64,000 nt of DNA, taken from IMG/VR virus record IMGVR_UViG_3300037504_000331. One strand, 5' to 3'. This document shows, one piece after another, positions 62,511-64,000 of the stretch; position 1 is the first letter of the stretch; each line of letters opens with the position of its first letter. The DNA comes from an uncultured virus (IMG/VR IMGVR_UViG_3300037504_000331) (taxonomy: Duplodnaviria > Heunggongvirae > Uroviricota > Caudoviricetes). Both the position numbers and the translations under genes were made by a program. Below the pieces are notes generated by a model that saw nothing but the letters and a program-made list of their open reading frames with translations, searched no databases and was not told the origin of the DNA.

Positions 62511-62594
62511 AAGCTATCGACCGTGGTCCCTCCTGTCAACGCTCTAAAACCACACACCAGTGTGTTGACAGGAGGGACCACCTCCTTCTAGCTT
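62511..62594. promoter_or_regulatory. back-to-back divergent TTGACAGGAGGGACCAC promoters
   Basis: Inverted 17-mers at 62523-62539 and 62565-62581, each followed by TAGCTT. Confidence 0.75.
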
Positions 62595-62627
62595 CCCTCC
62601 GAGACCTCTATGTTGGGAGACGACCGG

Positions 62628-63047
62628 ATGGCGCAGAATATCAGCCTTGGCAGCTTGGCCGACCTTCTGAAGGTGCATCCTCGGACTGTGCTTCGTGCGC
62701 TGACCGGTGAAGAGAATCCGCGGTATGACGAGGATCACGATGACGAGACCATGTTTCTCGACGAAGACAAGGTCTGCCGTGATCTCAACATTCCGCCGAA
62801 GGTGTGGAGACGCGTGAAGGCGAATAAGGACAGCTTCTTGACACGCAAAGAAGTCTTGGACGCCCACGAAATCGCACCGTCCACGTTCAAGCGCCGGAAG
62901 TATCCTATCGCCGCACAGTTCCAGCGGCACTGCCGGTATTCCGAAGTCGACGTGAACCGCCATCGTGTGGAGAACTTCGGACACGATTTGGACCGACCCA
63001 AGAGCCCTCCCAACAAGGACGATGATGACCTAGAGAGTATCCTTTAG
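62628..63047 (+). CDS. HTH DNA-binding protein (candidate regulator)
   Basis: LADLLKVHPRTVLR HTH plus a second AlpA-like segment. Confidence 0.65.
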   Translation: MAQNISLGSLADLLKVHPRTVLRALTGEENPRYDEDHDDETMFLDEDKVCRDLNIPPKVWRRVKANKDSFLTRKEVLDAHEIAPSTFKRRKYPIAAQFQRHCRYSEVDVNRHRVENFGHDLDRPKSPPNKDDDDLESIL

Positions 63048-63062
63048 CCGTGGGGAAGACTA

Positions 63063-64000
63063 TTGTCTAACGATAGCAACTCCCGGCTGGAATGGGCTCT
63101 CAAGCTCGCGGAGCAGGGATTCCGTATCTTCCCGCTTCAGCCCGGGTCGAAGACGCCTTTCAAGGGCTCTTGGAAGGACATGGCGACGACCGATCCGGAT
63201 ATGATCCGGACATGGTTCGAGAACAATTCGTCGATCAACTACGCCGTAAACCCAGATGACAAGCACGTCGTCATCGACATCGACCGCAAGCCAGACGAGA
63301 TCGACGGACTCGACAACTTCGTATCCTTGGCGGTCGAGTCGGACGACTGGGATTGGGCGGATTTCGATTCGTGGGAAACCTTCACGGTCCAGACTCCGTC
63401 GGGCAAGGGCGGCTACCACGTCTACCTGCGCACGGACGAGGCCGTAGGTAACTCTCACCAGCTCTGGCCCGAATCCATCGACATCCGCGGCGTCGGCGGC
63501 TACGTCGTCGGTCCAGGCTCTTACCTCGATGCAGGAGAGGGCAAGAGCGGCGAGTACAGCGTCGTGAAGGACGCTGAGCCTGCTCCCGCCCCCAAGTGGG
63601 CCAAGGACCGCTTCAGGCGCGGCGGAGAGCGCACAGCAGCCGCAGACGAAGCATTGTTCGACCAGGACACGCCGGCCGCTATCGAGCGCGCCCGTGATTT
63701 CCTCTCCCGCCGCAAAGTCGCCGTCGAAGGCCAGAAGGGTGAAGAGCACACCCTCGTGACCGCCATGCACCTTCGCGACATCGGTCTCTCGGCCGAGAAG
63801 TGTGTCGAGGTGATGTGCGAGAAGGGCGGATGGAATGAACGCTGTGAGCCGCCGTGGGAGATCGGTGAGCTATCGGTCAAGGTCGAGAATGCTTACAAGT
63901 ACGCGAAGAACCAGCCTGGGCAGAAGCAGGTCGAAGCCGACTCCTTCGGCGACATGGAGGGTGTGCAGGACATCTCAGAGATCGCCGAGAAGTTCGAGCA
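63063..64000 (+). CDS. bifunctional primase-polymerase (Prim-Pol) protein, truncated by the window end
   Basis: Not in the ORF track; GFRIFPL..GSKTP, VIDID, TPSG.GG.H.Y, DIRG.GGYVVGPGS. Confidence 0.85.
   Translation, partial: MSNDSNSRLEWALKLAEQGFRIFPLQPGSKTPFKGSWKDMATTDPDMIRTWFENNSSINYAVNPDDKHVVIDIDRKPDEIDGLDNFVSLAVESDDWDWADFDSWETFTVQTPSGKGGYHVYLRTDEAVGNSHQLWPESIDIRGVGGYVVGPGSYLDAGEGKSGEYSVVKDAEPAPAPKWAKDRFRRGGERTAAADEALFDQDTPAAIERARDFLSRRKVAVEGQKGEEHTLVTAMHLRDIGLSAEKCVEVMCEKGGWNERCEPPWEIGELSVKVENAYKYAKNQPGQKQVEADSFGDMEGVQDISEIAEKFE

Noticed and set aside
1..64000. tRNA/rRNA genes, integrase, transposase, reverse transcriptase/DGR, introns or inteins
   Set aside because: No cloverleaf or characteristic motifs recognised; terL, polA and nrdJ appear uninterrupted. 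A tRNAscan/HMM run would be needed to exclude them fully.

Overview
About 64 kb of a GC-rich tailed dsDNA phage (siphovirus-type, no integrase seen), most likely infecting an alphaproteobacterium, based on RcGTA-like DUF2460/DUF2163/NlpC-P60/tail-tip genes, CtrA boxes and GANTC sites. Layout: (1) 1-7.3 kb, leftward block of small unknown early-type genes with a distinct sequence signature; (2) 7.3-8.95 kb, non-coding control region with iteron-like repeats, three IHF-consensus sites, a dense CtrA-box array and a second promoter motif; (3) 9-15 kb, rightward accessory genes; (4) 15.9-45.6 kb, packaging, head, tail and lysis genes, including a subtilisin in the tail module and a cluster of tiny basic peptides; (5) 45.6-62.5 kb, leftward nucleotide-metabolism and replication genes (class II RNR, phosphohydrolases, RuvC, PolA, SSB, Cas4-like nuclease, SNF2 helicase, dCMP deaminase, ThyA); (6) an HTH gene and a Prim-Pol gene cut by the window end. 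The best candidate for a new system is regulatory: early promoters combine a CtrA box (TTAA-N7-TTAA) with fixed-position GANTC (CcrM/GcrA) sites, inside a block roughly 6-fold enriched for GANTC, which suggests early expression gated by the host cell cycle and methylation. There are also several RNA-level elements: a repeated covarying hairpin, hairpin loops antisense to class-specific ribosome-binding motifs, and GNGAU-pentaloop hairpins before head genes. All counts are manual and all family calls come from motif recognition, not database searches.
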